From positions 1,364,001-1,428,000 of the forward strand of contig CAUYUJ010000003.1 of assembly GCA_963575745.1 (NCBI GenBank): a stretch of 64,000 nt of DNA. The letters run 5' to 3'. Numbering within the stretch: the stretch's first letter is position 1; each line of letters begins with the position of its first letter. Positions 51,161 through 63,770 of this stretch are shown piece after piece. The position numbers and the translations under genes are program-made. The notes below the pieces were generated by a model. The model did not search any database and was not told the origin of the DNA. It worked only from the letters and a program-made list of their open reading frames with translations. The DNA comes from Prorocentrum cordatum (taxonomy: Eukaryota).

Positions 51161-52864
51161 CCAGGCGCCCTTGCGCGTCATGAGGCCCCTGCGGCATGGG
51201 CTGCCGTCGAGCCGCCCTCGCCGCCCTTGGCCCTGCCCTGGCCCTCGCGATCGCCCCCCCCCCCCCCCCCCTCGCCGCGCACGCCCCCTCTGCTTGAGCT
51301 GGTCTGCCGCGCGCGCCGACAGGCTCGGCGCGATGGCTGCACCGCCAACCCTGCGACTCCAGCCCGTGAGCTGGTCGGCGGCGCTGTAGTCGGGCTGGCT
51401 CGGCGAGATGCAGCGAGCCCCCTTGATCGTCGCCATCCTGCGCGCCGGGAGCTCGAAGCACATCGGCGGCGGACAATTGAGATGGCCCTGCATCGCAGCC
51501 GCGTCGAGGACGCGACTTAACACCTCATGCTCGCAGATGCACCTGTCAGCTGCGGGCGCCTGCGAGAGCCTGACCCAGTTCTCTCGCGCGCGAGAGGCAC
51601 TGTTACCATAATCTCTCACGTACTTCATGCGCCAATGGGCCGTGCTCGGCCCTTGAAGGCCCCATCCGCCTGGGACCGAGTCCTTCGACGAGCTGGCGGC
51701 GGCATCGCCCCAGGTCCTGCGACGTTCTCCCCGGGCGTCCATCTTCACGGCCATCGAGAGAACATCCCCGCGAGCCAGCACCAGGGCGTCGGGCGGAGAG
51801 AGCTGCGCCGCGCTCAGCGACTGCCCCCCCCCCCCCCCGCCTGCACGATGGCCCCGCCGCCCATCGCCGCCGAGCCCGCAGGCCGCTGGCGGCGCTCAAG
51901 GTCGCCCGCCGCATGTCCTGCGCGGTCCGCGCGCGCCAACTCAAGCCAGCAGGGGGCAAGAGCATGCCACCTGCCGCAGGCGCCGCCGCGCCCGCAGCTC
52001 CGACGAGCCCAGGCGGGATGCCCAGCGCGGGGCCCGCCGCCGCGCCGATCGCCGCCGCCAAGGGCGCCCCGCCGCCAGGCGCGATCAAGCCACCCCCCAC
52101 GGCAACAGGGCTGGCGGCGCCAGGACCCGCCATCGCACCGCCTGCAGCGGCGGGCAGAAGCACGCCAGCGCCAGAGGCACCGCCCCCAGCAGCTCCAGCG
52201 ACCCCGCCCGCGGTTCCTGCGACAGGCGGCTGGGCGAAGTGGAACGCCAGCGGCAGCGGCGCGCAAGCCACACCCAGCGCGTGGGCGCCCAGCATAGAGT
52301 AAGCGTCGACCATCGGCTGCGGAGGCGCCGCGCGGAAGCCGTAAATGCCCGCGGCCGCGGTCTCAAGCGGCAGCCCCAATGCATGCGTGAGCACCATGAC
52401 GTCGCTGAAGTCGGCGCCAACAGCGGAACTTTCCTCGTAGTGGCGTAGTTGTCGTGGTCGGGCGTGAGCCCGTGCGACACGCTGGTCCCAGGCCGCACTT
52501 CCAACGCCAGCCTCGCGTGATACACCGCGGGCCCAGGGACACCACGATACCTCGCCAGGAGGAAGTCCCCGGGGCTGAAGGCGGCCATCGGCTCCCGCGA
52601 CCACCAACGGCGAAGGCGCGCCGCACACGCAGGTCGCCACGGGCGGCGGCGGGCACGCGAGGCTCGGCGAGCATTCGGGGCAAGGAGTAGTGCCCACCCA
52701 GAACGCCAGCCCTGTACTGACCCCGCACGCGAGTTCGAAAACGAAAGCGCGGGCGACTTGCACAGCCAGAAAAACTTGAGCCATCGTGTCCATGGAACAG
52801 ACCGATGCCCTTCAAGACGGCGGGGTTCTCAACCCGCAGACAACATTCACGAGCAAGCACATCC

Positions 52865-53208
52865 ATCATGATCATCAGCACCATCACCATCATCAGCACC
52901 ATCATCATCAGCATCACCACCATCACCATCAGCATCACCACCATCATCACCATCGTCATCATCACTATCAGCATCATCAACAACTTGAACACCAAGAAGA
53001 ACATCAGCACCAACTACAACGGCAGCACCAACAACGGCATCATCAGCATCAACAGCAACATCTAGATCCTCACTATCATCCTCCTCCTCAATTTCATCAT
53101 CAGCAGCAACAGCATCATCACCAACACCACCATCTTCATCAGTATCATCAACAGCATCAGTATCCTGACCATCACCACCATCATCGTCGCAGGCTTCGTA
53201 CATGTGTT

Positions 53209-53276
<68 letters not shown>

Positions 53277-54597
53277 GTCATCAGCATCATCACTAGCAAC
53301 ATCAGCACCATCATCACCATCGCCATCATCATCCTCACCATCAGCATCACATTATGATATTGCCTCGCATACTTCATACTCATCATCTGCATCGTCATCA
53401 TCATCATACTCATCATTATCAGCAGCATCATCATCACAATCACCAGAACCATCTTCATCATCAGCATCACTATCAGCAGTATCAGCATCATGCACAGGAA
53501 CAGAAACATCAACAACACCAACAACAACACCAGCAACAACGTCAACAGCAACAGCAACAGCATCAACAACATCAGCAACAACCGCAGCAGCTGCAACCTC
53601 ATCAACCTTCATCATCATCAATCAATTTCAACCTCCTCGTCCTCATCCTCATCATCAACCGTATCATCATCACCAGCATCATCACTTATACCACTTGCAT
53701 CGTCGTCATCATAATCATGATCATCATCATCATCAGCAGCATCATCATCATTATCCTCACCACAACCACCATCATCTTCTCCTGCGTCGTGTCCTACTTC
53801 CCCATCATAATCATCATCCTCATCAGCATCATCATCATCCTCATCATCATCAGCAGCATCAATATCCACAACATCATCCTCATCATCCTCACCATCCTCA
53901 ACATCAACATCGTAATCATCCTCATCGTCAATGACATCGGCATCCTCATCGACATCGCGGACGTCGTCGACATCGTCATCGCATTCACCATCTTCATCAC
54001 CGTGATCCGTCTCCCCGTCCAACTCCTCCTCCTCCTCCTCCTCCTCCTCCTGCTCCTGCTCCTCAATATCATCATTGCCTTCATCATCTCGCTACCGCTA
54101 CGCCTCCTCGCCTGTTCCTCACGATCGTGATGACGCGAGGGTTTCCCAGGGGGACCTCGAAGTCGCTCCAAGCTTCCTCTTAGCGCGTCCTGCCTGTATC
54201 CTCCTCCTCTCGTCATCTTCCTCCACCCCTCATCATCATCCTCATCCCGCCGTCCTCCATTCTCTGCCTCTTATCCTCATCCTCCTCCTGCCCCTCCCCA
54301 TAATCCTTGATCTTCCTCCTCGATCTTCCTCCTCCCGCTCCCCCTCCTCTCCCTCCCCCTCCTGCTCCTGCTCCCCCTCCTCTCCCTCCCCCTCCTGCTC
54401 CTGCTCCTCCTCCGCCTCCTCCTCCTCCGCCTCCCCCTCCTCCTCCTCCCAATCACGATCCTCATCGGCACAGGGCCCCCACCATCCTCGGCCCCGCTGG
54501 GACAAAGCCGCCGCCGGCGGGCCGAGCGAGGGCGCGCTGAGCGACACCAGGGGCAGCCACAGCAGCACGAAGGAACCGACGCAGCTCGCCTGCCGCT

Positions 54598-54628
<31 letters not shown>

Positions 54629-54691
54629 GACGACGACGACGACGACGACGACGCGGACGACGCGGACGACGCGGACGACGCGGACGACGCG

Positions 54692-54754
<63 letters not shown>

Positions 54755-54755
54755 T
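52865..54755 (+). repeat. Degenerate (CAT)n/(CAA)n, (CCT)n and (GAC)n microsatellite field
   Basis: Directly visible; a similar (CAT)n tract lies at 47460-47640. Confidence 0.95.
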
Positions 54756-55914
54756 CGCAAACTGCGCTGCGTCCCGCGCTCCCAGAGGCCACGATGCCAC
54801 TCAAACTGCGCTGCGTCTCCTGTTTACACGGCCACGATGACTTGCAAATCGCGACCGCGCCCCCCGCTCCCAGGACATCCAGACGCCAGGGTCATCTTGG
54901 GCGCTGGCACAACGTGTGCGCACTCCTGGCCGAGGCCAGGAGACCCTGCGCGCCTCCCCCAGCGGCCCAGGAATGCCTGTGGCCAAGCACAGGACGTGGG
55001 GGCGCCGCGAGATAGGCACAAGGGGCGCCCTATGCAAGGGAGCAAACAATGACATACACGTAAAAGCTCGGAGGCCCGCGCGGAATTCTTGCATCGGCGC
55101 TGAAGCCCCTTGGCAACGCCTCCGGCGCCGCCCCTGGCTCCGGGTGCCAAGGAAGGGGCCCAGCGCCGATCCAAGACACCCGCGTGGACCACCGCAACAT
55201 GCCTTTGGCATTGTTTGTTCCCCGACTTTGCCCCCGTTCTCGGGCCGGCGGGGGGCGCCCTCAGGACCGACGCGGCCCTGCCGTGCCGCTCCGTACGCAG
55301 ACGGCCTCTGCACACCACCACCGTGCCTGGCCACGGCCACCCGGGCCCCTCGCTCACGGGGCGCCGCGCGCCGCGCGTCTGCGGCGCGCCGAGGCCGCAA
55401 GAGCGATCCGCTGCGCAGCCCTGCGAGGGAGGCTCGCTCGACAGGAGCGGCACGCCTGCCCCCGCCGCGAGTGCGGCGCCGGGAAGGCTGAAATCCGTCG
55501 GGCGATTGGCGGCCTGGGCACGGCGCGCACAGTCAAGCCATCAGGAACACAAAATGAGGCAAGCGGCCCCTTGTTGGCCTCAAGAGCGCCTGGGTGCACC
55601 CTGGAGCAACAGCGACCCCTTCCGAACCCGAACTGTTCTTTGCTTGAGCGTCTTGACTACACGCCCTCCTGGCAAAAGCAAAAACGGCCGAATTGCATGC
55701 CGTCCGCAGGGGCAAAGGACGGGCCTTGGCCAAGGGGTGCGGCGGTGTGTACATGAGCCCTGTGCGGAGCTCGCACCAGCGCGCAGATGACCACCACAGG
55801 CGCCTTTGCGCCGTTCATGTTCGGGAACCTCCTCTTCCTCCTGCTTCTCCTCGATGCTCAATGCTGCGGACCTTTCGTCATCCGAAGAGCTGTGACATTT
55901 CTGAAATTTGTCCT

Positions 55915-56112
55915 CCGACTTCCTCCTCCTCCTCCTGCTCCTCCTCCTCTTTCTCCTTTTCCTCCTCCTCCTCCTCCTCCTTCTCCAGCCTTTTCCTCAT
56001 CGTCCTCCTCCCCCTCCTCCTTTTTCCTCCTCCTTCTCCTCCTCCTCCTCCTCCTCCTCCTCCTCCTCCTCCTCCTCCTCCTCCTCCTCCTCCTCCTCCT
56101 CCTCCTCCTCTC
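55915..56112 (+). repeat. (CCT)n microsatellite
   Basis: Directly visible. Confidence 0.95.
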
Positions 56113-57936
56113 CCTAAGGCCCGAACCGTCGGGGGGTTTTCCTGGCGGTGCGTTTTGACGCTGGTAATTTGAAGATGTTCCCAATCAAATCTCACAGGAC
56201 CTAGCGCGCCAGCCGCTAGACCAGTGGCCAGCTGCGATTCCAAGAGACGAGCCAGAGGGAGCATGGCACAGAAGAGCCAGACAACGCAGGACTGACAACC
56301 GTTTGTTGTTGAGAGCTGATGCCGCACAAACCCGACTGCTCAATCATCGTTCAACTCAGCGTCAGATGCAAAATAATTGGTTTTGTGCAATATGTGGTAC
56401 CGTCAACTCCTTTGGCTGTCAGCTCTGTACGGGGTGTATGCCCGATCAGTCCAATGCATTGCCCAGCGACCGTGGACACGTACCGAATCGTATGAATGGT
56501 CCACCTCGGCATGGCCCTGATGCGACGAGTCAATTCTACAGCCAAAAAGTGCCCATGGCATAGGACATGGTTCGGGATCCGTGGGCGAGACAACAACAGT
56601 CGGAGGATCAGCAGACTCCCCAGCGGAACACGGCCAGACGGTTGTCCAAAGGAAGATGGAGCCAGCCAGAACGTATCAGACAGAGATCTTCGTCTGTCAC
56701 CTTCGCAGACCAGGAGGAGGAGACCAACAATGGATCTTCCCCGCTCAACATCCTTCCCGCCCTCTCTGCTCTCGTTGTATACCATCACCGATTTCCCCAG
56801 CTGCCAGACGAGCACGCATCAGATGCAGAGAGGAAGCTGCATCTTTCACGGAGGAGAGCGGAGATAGAGGCATTACCAGCGTCCATTCGTATGAAAGAAG
56901 CAGCAGGGGACACCAGAGATGAGGAGCGCGAGCGGCATGCCATTGTTTCGACTGCGATACACCTTTGCCGCCACTGAGAGCAGCGAAACGAGTGCTAGCA
57001 GGCTGCATTGCAGCGATCGCAGGCGCTCATGGAGCCGCAGGATCAGGCGACACTTGCCAAGGAAGCCAAGGTCGACGCCCCACGTGCGCGGAGAAAAGTT
57101 CCAGAACAATAGGTTCATCGGCATGAACAAGCTTTGGCGGAGATCGAGAGCATGGAACCGACCGATCAAGAGCCTCAGGGGGAGCCAGCTGCGACGATGG
57201 AGACCGATCACGAGCACGTAGACAGTGCGGCGTCGACCACGAGGAGAAGGATGCCGACGAGAGCTATGCCAGCTACATCGCCTGCGCAGCCAGCTCAGGT
57301 CATAGACCTCTCCGTCGTGCAGGCGCAGGTTTCGAGTCTGTCGAAGAACATGAATGCGTTTCAGGAACGCATCGATTCCAACGTGACCAATCTGGGCACT
57401 CAACTCAACGAGTGGAACGCCAAGCACGAGGCTCTGCTGGCGGCGGCGAGGGTCCCGCCGCAGGGCATGATTCCGCCGCGTCAGTTTCTGATGCCTGCTC
57501 AGACGCTTGTCGCAGGTGCAACTTTGGCTTTTTCGGCCGCGCCTGCGCCCTCCGCTTCTGCATGCGCCGCGCCACGGAACCCGAGAGGAGGCTCGACAGC
57601 GGCCAGCCGCCCGAGGCAGAACTTGCATCACGGCCCCCTGTTCGAACAGGGCGCGCTGCGTCTTCAGATGCAGGAGTGGGCGGCATGCCCGACAGGGCTG
57701 CCCGCAAGGGAAGAGCCCGCGGGGTTGCCCAACCGCCTGCCCCGATTCCGACGGATCTCACCGATCGTAGTCCGGGTGGACCCTATACCACACTAGAGTC
57801 AAATAGTGTCAGTGCACAGACTTGTCGATAACGATTGAGGCGCCCTGGCCGTGGGCTCCTGCATCGAAATGGCAGGACGTTGGATCCCCTCGCCAACTTA
57901 CACTTTCTCTCTCTCTCTCTGTCTTTCTCTTTCTCT

Positions 57937-57977
<41 letters not shown>

Positions 57978-58009
57978 CCCGCCTGCAATCCCCCCGTCGG
58001 TTGTCGCGC

Positions 58010-58439
58010 CTTCGCTGAATTGGACGGGTCGGGGGGAGGAGGAGAGGTTGTGCCTTCTCTCGCTTCCGTCGCCCTCCAGCTGCACGCATCGGGCTCGCGG
58101 CACCTGGGTGGGTTCTTTGCAGGAGCTCTCGACGCGGATGCGTTGTCGATTCCCCCTGCCCACGCTAGCATGGCTGGCGAAATCATGTGGGCCACATCCT
58201 AGGCCTTGCAGTCCAAGTGCGAGCGTTTCAGCTTCCACGTTGACAATCCAGCGGTTGTCACGGCGGCGGCAGGAGAAGGTGGCTTGCCAGACATAGCCGG
58301 CTTATCCAGATGCCTTTGGTCTCTCACCCTCTTTCTGCAAGTCACTTCCCCCACCTTCTTCCATCATGTCACGTCCCACATGGGTGATCCTCTTAATGAG
58401 ATGGCAGATGCCCTTTGTGCGCTGGCTGCCCTTAACTAA
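58010..58439 (+). pseudogene. RNase H domain at the start of LINE ORF2
   Basis: LDGSG (first Asp), AGEIMW (Glu), VDNP (Asp), HVTSHMGDPLNEMADAL (His/Asn/Asp box). Confidence 0.75.
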
Positions 58440-58729
58440 GATCGCGCCCCCCCCCCCCACCCACCACCACACACACAGTGTCCTCGGGCCAATTGGGCGT
58501 CTAACCTTCGAGCTGCCAAGTGGGCGTGGATGGACTCGCTAGATATACCCACTCGCGTCCACTTCTCCAGCTTGTACCAAGACGGTCATATTCTTGTCGC
58601 TGACGCACCTAGCGTGACACACACTTGCCCACCACGCATCCCCCCCCTTCCTAAGTTCTCACCTCCCCTTTGCGAGGAATACGCCAAGTGGATCCCCTTC
58701 CCTCCTTTCTCGCGATGTTGTGCCGCGCG

Positions 58730-59600
58730 CCATGTTCAGCTGAGAATGGCTTTCGCCGACGCGTTGAGTTTGCGCGCCAGTGGGAACGGCAAGAAGGTGC
58801 CGGTTGGGCCCTATATGCGCATCGTAGGCCGCGCATGTTGGCGGTTCAGTTCGAAGCGGCCGATAATTTAGTTGCTGGCACCGCTGAATCGAGAGTCCCC
58901 CGACAAGGCTGGACTGACATTGACAACTATCTCGTCTTGCACAGACCGGCCGCCCCTCGGGGAACTCACGGGTGCCCCCTGCGTCTTCGCAAGGGGTTCC
59001 CATTGGTGCCTACCCTACCAGACAGCACGATTAAACGGCATGTTGTCACCGCTGCAGTAGCAGAACGTAGCACGTGGGATGTGAACGCGGCGGTTGGCGC
59101 GGATGCGCTTTCCTTTCGCGTCGGACACGCCCCTCGTTCCAGGCGCGACAAGGGGGACATCGTGGTTTGGTGGGACAAGTTCGCTCGCGTTGCGCAGAAA
59201 ACCTCGGGGCCACCCCGCGCGCCTTCCTGTCGCCGGTCGCCAACGCCACCTCGGTGAGCATTCCGTCAGAAGCGGTCGGACTGCTTGCGCGGGAGAATCA
59301 TAAATCTCTGACCGCTTGATCCTGCATGTCCCCAGCGACGTTTTCGGGCGATCCGCTTGCCTCTAAAACGTTGACCCCGCACCGGGGCGCGGCGGCGACG
59401 AGGGCGATTGACTTAGCGTCAGCCCCCGCTGCGCTGAGACAGTTTGCGGCGACTCCCGCCGTCAACAGTGGCGCTGTGCCGGCCATCGCCAGACCTGATC
59501 GCGCTCTCGTCCAGAGAGATTCCCATATGCCCATCCCTGATCTAAGGCATTTCCAAAAGATCGCTTCCTCTAAGCCATGGCTGGGTCGCTCGAAGCTGGG
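58730..59600 (+). pseudogene. APE-type endonuclease of the LINE
   Basis: LRMAFADALSL (N-terminal strand), VAGTAESR ('GxQExR'), GTHGC, VGHAP, WW, AIDL. Confidence 0.65.
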
Positions 59601-60499
59601 GGGCGCGCGTTTCATGGAGCAGGCTCCCAAGCCAGACTGGCCCGCGCCCCCGCCTCGACATTGCTCGACTGCGTCGCAATATGCGCGGCAGGGGATGATC
59701 CAGTTCTTTGAGCTAGATCAAGAAACGAAAGCCACCGGATGTCCAGAGCGCACGCGGGAGCTGGGTTTGGCACTGCGTTGATCAAGAAGGGCCCTGGCAC
59801 AGGCGCGTGGATTGGCGGCTCAGCTACGGGCGCGCATCGCGGTGCGTGCTCGGCGCCCGTCCTGCGCCATTCCGATTGGGCTGCCCCCCTGCGAGGCCCG
59901 CGCAGTCGAGCCCATCTTTCAGGCTCGACAGGTGCGCGCGCATCTTTCGCGCCGAGTTTTGCGCGCGCGGGCCGGACATATGATTTCACTTAGGCAAGCT
60001 CGAGAATTTGGCTGCCATTCCTCACCGGCCCCCCCTGCTCGCCAAGATGTCGGTTGCGCACGTTTCGTCGGCGGCAATATTGAAACAGAGGGCCGGGAGG
60101 AGTGCGCAAGGTTTTGCAGATTGACCATGATTTTGCTGCCGTCTTTCCCCCCCTTCCCCCCCTTGCCCCCCGCGCTCGATTTCGCGGGCAAGGCTGCGCA
60201 GGCAATGCACTATGCATTATCCTCTGCGTTGGGCGCGGGCGCTTGTTTTGCGCGCGGCTGCCATCCAAGGCTGGATTTTGACGCCGCAAGCGCAGCAGGT
60301 CCACGAGGTCATTCGAGACCAACAAAAAGCAACATAACATTGCAAAATCGGTCGGGGGCGCGCGGTCCGCCAAGAATTTTGCTTCGGCTTTCTTCCGCCC
60401 CGCGGCATCTGGGAGCAGCTGGTAAAATACATAAACAGCACAAAGCGTTGCAGGCTCTCCAGGGACCCGACGGGAAATTGCCACCGACGGTCGCCCAGG

Positions 60500-61750
60500 C
60501 CAATAACATGCGGCCACAGCACTTTGCCGCGCAAGAGCTGGCGGCGAGGTCGTCGCCAGACTCGATTGAGTTGGCGCGTCGGGATCCGGTGGCCGAACTG
60601 CGAAATGCGGCTCGCGTTCCCGCCTTTGCCGAGATTGAAAAATCGCTGCGCGGGACTGGCCATGGAACCCAGGCCCCCATGGGCTGCGCGGCTCTTCCGC
60701 CAGGGTCTGCGCGACCCCGCCGGCGCGGGCCTTTCGCCCCTTGGCTTTCAGAACCTCGGCGCTGGCATTTGAACCTGTCAGTGGAAGGGGGCGACCTTCC
60801 TCACATAACCAAAAGTAAAGGCAACCCCATCGCCGCCCCCTCGTCTCGCGCCACCCTCGCGGCGCCCCGCCTTGGCAAGTGATGTCGCGCATGCATGAGC
60901 GCGCGCTGCCTGCCATTCAGGATGCCGCGGGCGAGCGCCAGCGCGCCGCTGCCCCTGGCCGCGGAACCCCGACGGCCATGCTGGCAGCGAGAATTTTGCA
61001 GAAGTTAGCTTTGGCCCGCACGGCCCGCTTAGGTTTCATTTCTGCTGACCTGGCCAATACTTTCTACGTGGCCACGCGCGAGCTGGCGCTGCCCACGGGC
61101 CATGCTTGGGGCCCGCTGCGAAATATTATGGCGTCGGCTGGGCTTCCTGAGGCCCACCTGCCCATATCGGGGCAGAGATTGGAGGAATTGCTTCTCGTTC
61201 GTCGCCGTGGGCCACCTGGACGCTTTGTTGGCGCGGTTGAGGAAGCGCTTCGTCTGGGGTGGCCCCAGGTGCCGGGGGCAAGGCGTCTTGCCATTGCATT
61301 TCGGGGGGCGCCGCCTGGCGCGCCGCTTGGCGACGCGGTTCTCACTGTCATTATCGTGGAGGTCGCGGCCGGAGTTGCTGGTTCATTGGAGCAGCGAGGT
61401 CTCTCGTTCCAGGTCGATGCCTCATCCGAAGGCCCGGCCCCAGGGTTGGCGCATGCAGACGACTCTGGGTTCGCACTCACGGCTCCCTTCAGGCAGTTTG
61501 TCACGGCGCTGCCTGCACTCTGTCGCATCGCGTTGAACTCGTTTGCGCCAGTAGGGCTAGCGCCGCGCACGCAGGTCGGCAAGACCGAGCCACTGATGCA
61601 TGTCAGATGGCCTGGTTCAGCCGACCTCATGCGCAATTTGTTCCGCGACCCCTCCCCGCCCACCCGGGGTCCCGGTCCCTTGCGCGGCGGGGCCCGCGTT
61701 TCAATCGTTCGGTCCACGGTCTATCTCGGGAGCACGCAGGACCCCTGAGT
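60500..61750 (+). pseudogene. LINE reverse transcriptase
   Basis: SSRATLAAPRLGK, ISADLANTFY, RGAPPGAPLGDAV, LAHADD, GL...GKTE, VYLG. Confidence 0.85.
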
Positions 61751-63004
61751 AGGCTCGCAGGCACGCAGAAGCGGCAGGGGCCGCAAAGGCCCTGAAGCGC
61801 GCTGCTTCGTTGGCCCCAGGGAAAGACATGGCCCCCAAACTGTTTGCGCTGGATGCGCTGCCGGTGAGGACAGCCCTTTGCGCAGCAGGCGCATGGCGCG
61901 GATTGCCCCGGGCTGAGCTGCCGCGCGTCCAGGCGCAGCACATCCGCCTCTATCGCGGGTTCCTCCGCATGCCCAGGCATGAAGACGGAGGACCACGTGA
62001 CCTAGCAGCGTTGGTGCAGGCGGCCCGTCCGACTGCGATCGCCATCAAGGTTTCGAAGCTACGCCTTTTCGGGCAGCTACTTGCGCCGGCTCCTCGCCCC
62101 CTGCCGGCGCTGGTCGATGCAAATTGTCTGGCGACTAACAAGTCCTGGCTTCATACCATGCGGGGCGACCTCGTGCGGCTGAGAGGATCTCAGCCAAAAT
62201 AATAAAGACTTTGAGATCCTGGGCGCAGGCATAGATCCATGGGCGGCTGAGATTCGGAAGTCGCCTGGAGGGCGGAAGCGGGCGCTTCGAGCCGCCATTC
62301 GGGCCTCCGCGCCTCGCCTCCAGCGCGACGCGCAGGCTTCGAAATGGCACGACCGAGTAGCGGTAAGTTTGACAGCCAACGGGCTTCCTCATTGTCGCGA
62401 CCTTCCCCCGCCTCGCCCCACTCCAAAGTGTTGTTGACATTTTTGCCCAGCTGAGTTGTCGCGGCCGCGGTCAGTGGGCGCCCGCGTTAGGAGAGAGCAC
62501 GTCAAGTACACAGATCTAGCTAGATCGAAGCTGGATACAACACGGCGCGCATGCCGCACGAGGGCCTGCGCTAGCCGCGCTATTCTGGCGCGACGCATCA
62601 CGGCGTGGAAGCCGAATTGCCTGGTGCATCATCTAAAAAAATTGCCACCCGTCGCCTCTGCGCGCGCGAGAGTTGGCCGCCGAGGAAAACGCCATAATCA
62701 AGCGCGTAGGCGCCAAGACTTTTCGGCCTCAAGGGGCCGATCCCCTTCATTCTGAACCCCGGGGTCGCTTCCTTTGGCGGCCGTTGCGGGGCGGGCAAAC
62801 TATCCTCGAGCAGCGGCCCTGAAGTTCATCAGTGATCGCGTAGAGCAAATCACAAGGTGGTCATGGCGGTCTCTTGCGCCCCGCGCTTAGGGCGAGCCTG
62901 GGGTCGCCTGGTGCCCTAACCCATCTGTGAGTGGCACTTTGAGAGCCCGTCGTTTACGGGCATCTCAAGCACGCCGCCTCCCGGACGCACTTTGCGCTGA
63001 CAGG

Positions 63005-63770
63005 CCCTCGCTGCCAACTCGTTCTGCGGGCAGCGCAGACCTGGCGACGTCCAGGCGGCCACTGACTTGGCCAGGACTACGCGCACACTTTCCTTCGAGC
63101 TGGCAGCACTCTTCGTCGACGTCCCCAGATGCCGAGTTAGGCGGCTTCCGAAACAATACAATAATATATTTTGGCCTGCTGAGCACATTGGCGCGGGCAG
63201 GATCGCTGCTCTTTTTTTTTTTTTTTGGGGGGGGGGGGGCGATGCGTTTCGCGCAGCTCGGCGGCGCGAGGGGGGCGCCCCTTCCTTATGGAGCTGACAG
63301 GCACCCTGCGAAATTATTGGATTGTCTCCTAGGCAACGCCTGCAGGTTTCTTTCTTACGATTTGCTACAAGCCATGGTCGAGCTAATGGTTGTTATGACT
63401 GTCGATGAGGGTTGCGCTTGGATGGAGCACCCCCCCCTCTGTCTCGGGAGCCTCGCTCAGTGCCCTCTTGGAGATGCCTGCCCCTCAGAAGGTTTATGGC
63501 CGCATCGTGTCCTACGTGCACCACGTTTGATCAATGCGAATTCGGGCAAGACGGTCGTGCCCCCAGTGACCCCACGGCCATCCTAGGGATTCGCCCCCCA
63601 TACCTCCCCACCCGCACCCCTGGAGCCGGGTTTTGTTCCAACGGTGCACGGGCCCGCGAGGCCCTATGGGCTGGGGCAGCGTGCTTAAGCGGTGGCGCAC
63701 TGCGCCTAAAAAAGAGTACCTCCCCAGCTCTCTGTCACGTGCTTGCCCAAGCTATGTTAAAGGCACTTCC
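63005..63770 (+). pseudogene. Cytosine-5 DNA methyltransferase-like domain at the LINE C-terminus
   Basis: NSFCGQRRPGDVQ (motif I variant), LFVDV, GAPLP, CAWMEHP (motif VI), TFDQCEFGQ, WRTAPKKEY...PALCHVLA (motif IX/X). The PC region is scrambled by T and G homopolymers at 63212-63240. Confidence 0.65.

Larger units (their letters stand above)
48030..52763 (-). mobile_element. Degenerate DIRS-like retrotransposon: gag-like - RT - RNase H - tyrosine recombinase - C5-methyltransferase-like domain
   Basis: gag-like YHARL...LTPDHDNY and GPSTAHW; RT KSGKLRVVW, DFGNYFY, PMEWTWA, YAGN; RNase H DACLTGY and RWHPSELNAADGCSR; YR QLRHGG...RGRWS; MTase EVFAG, GAPC, IEN. Confidence 0.8.

Noticed and set aside
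52775..52795. Spliced-leader relic just upstream of the DIRS element (15/21 match)
   Set aside because: It includes transversions, and the paralogous unit at ~47815 lacks the GGCTCAAG end. Probably coincidental.
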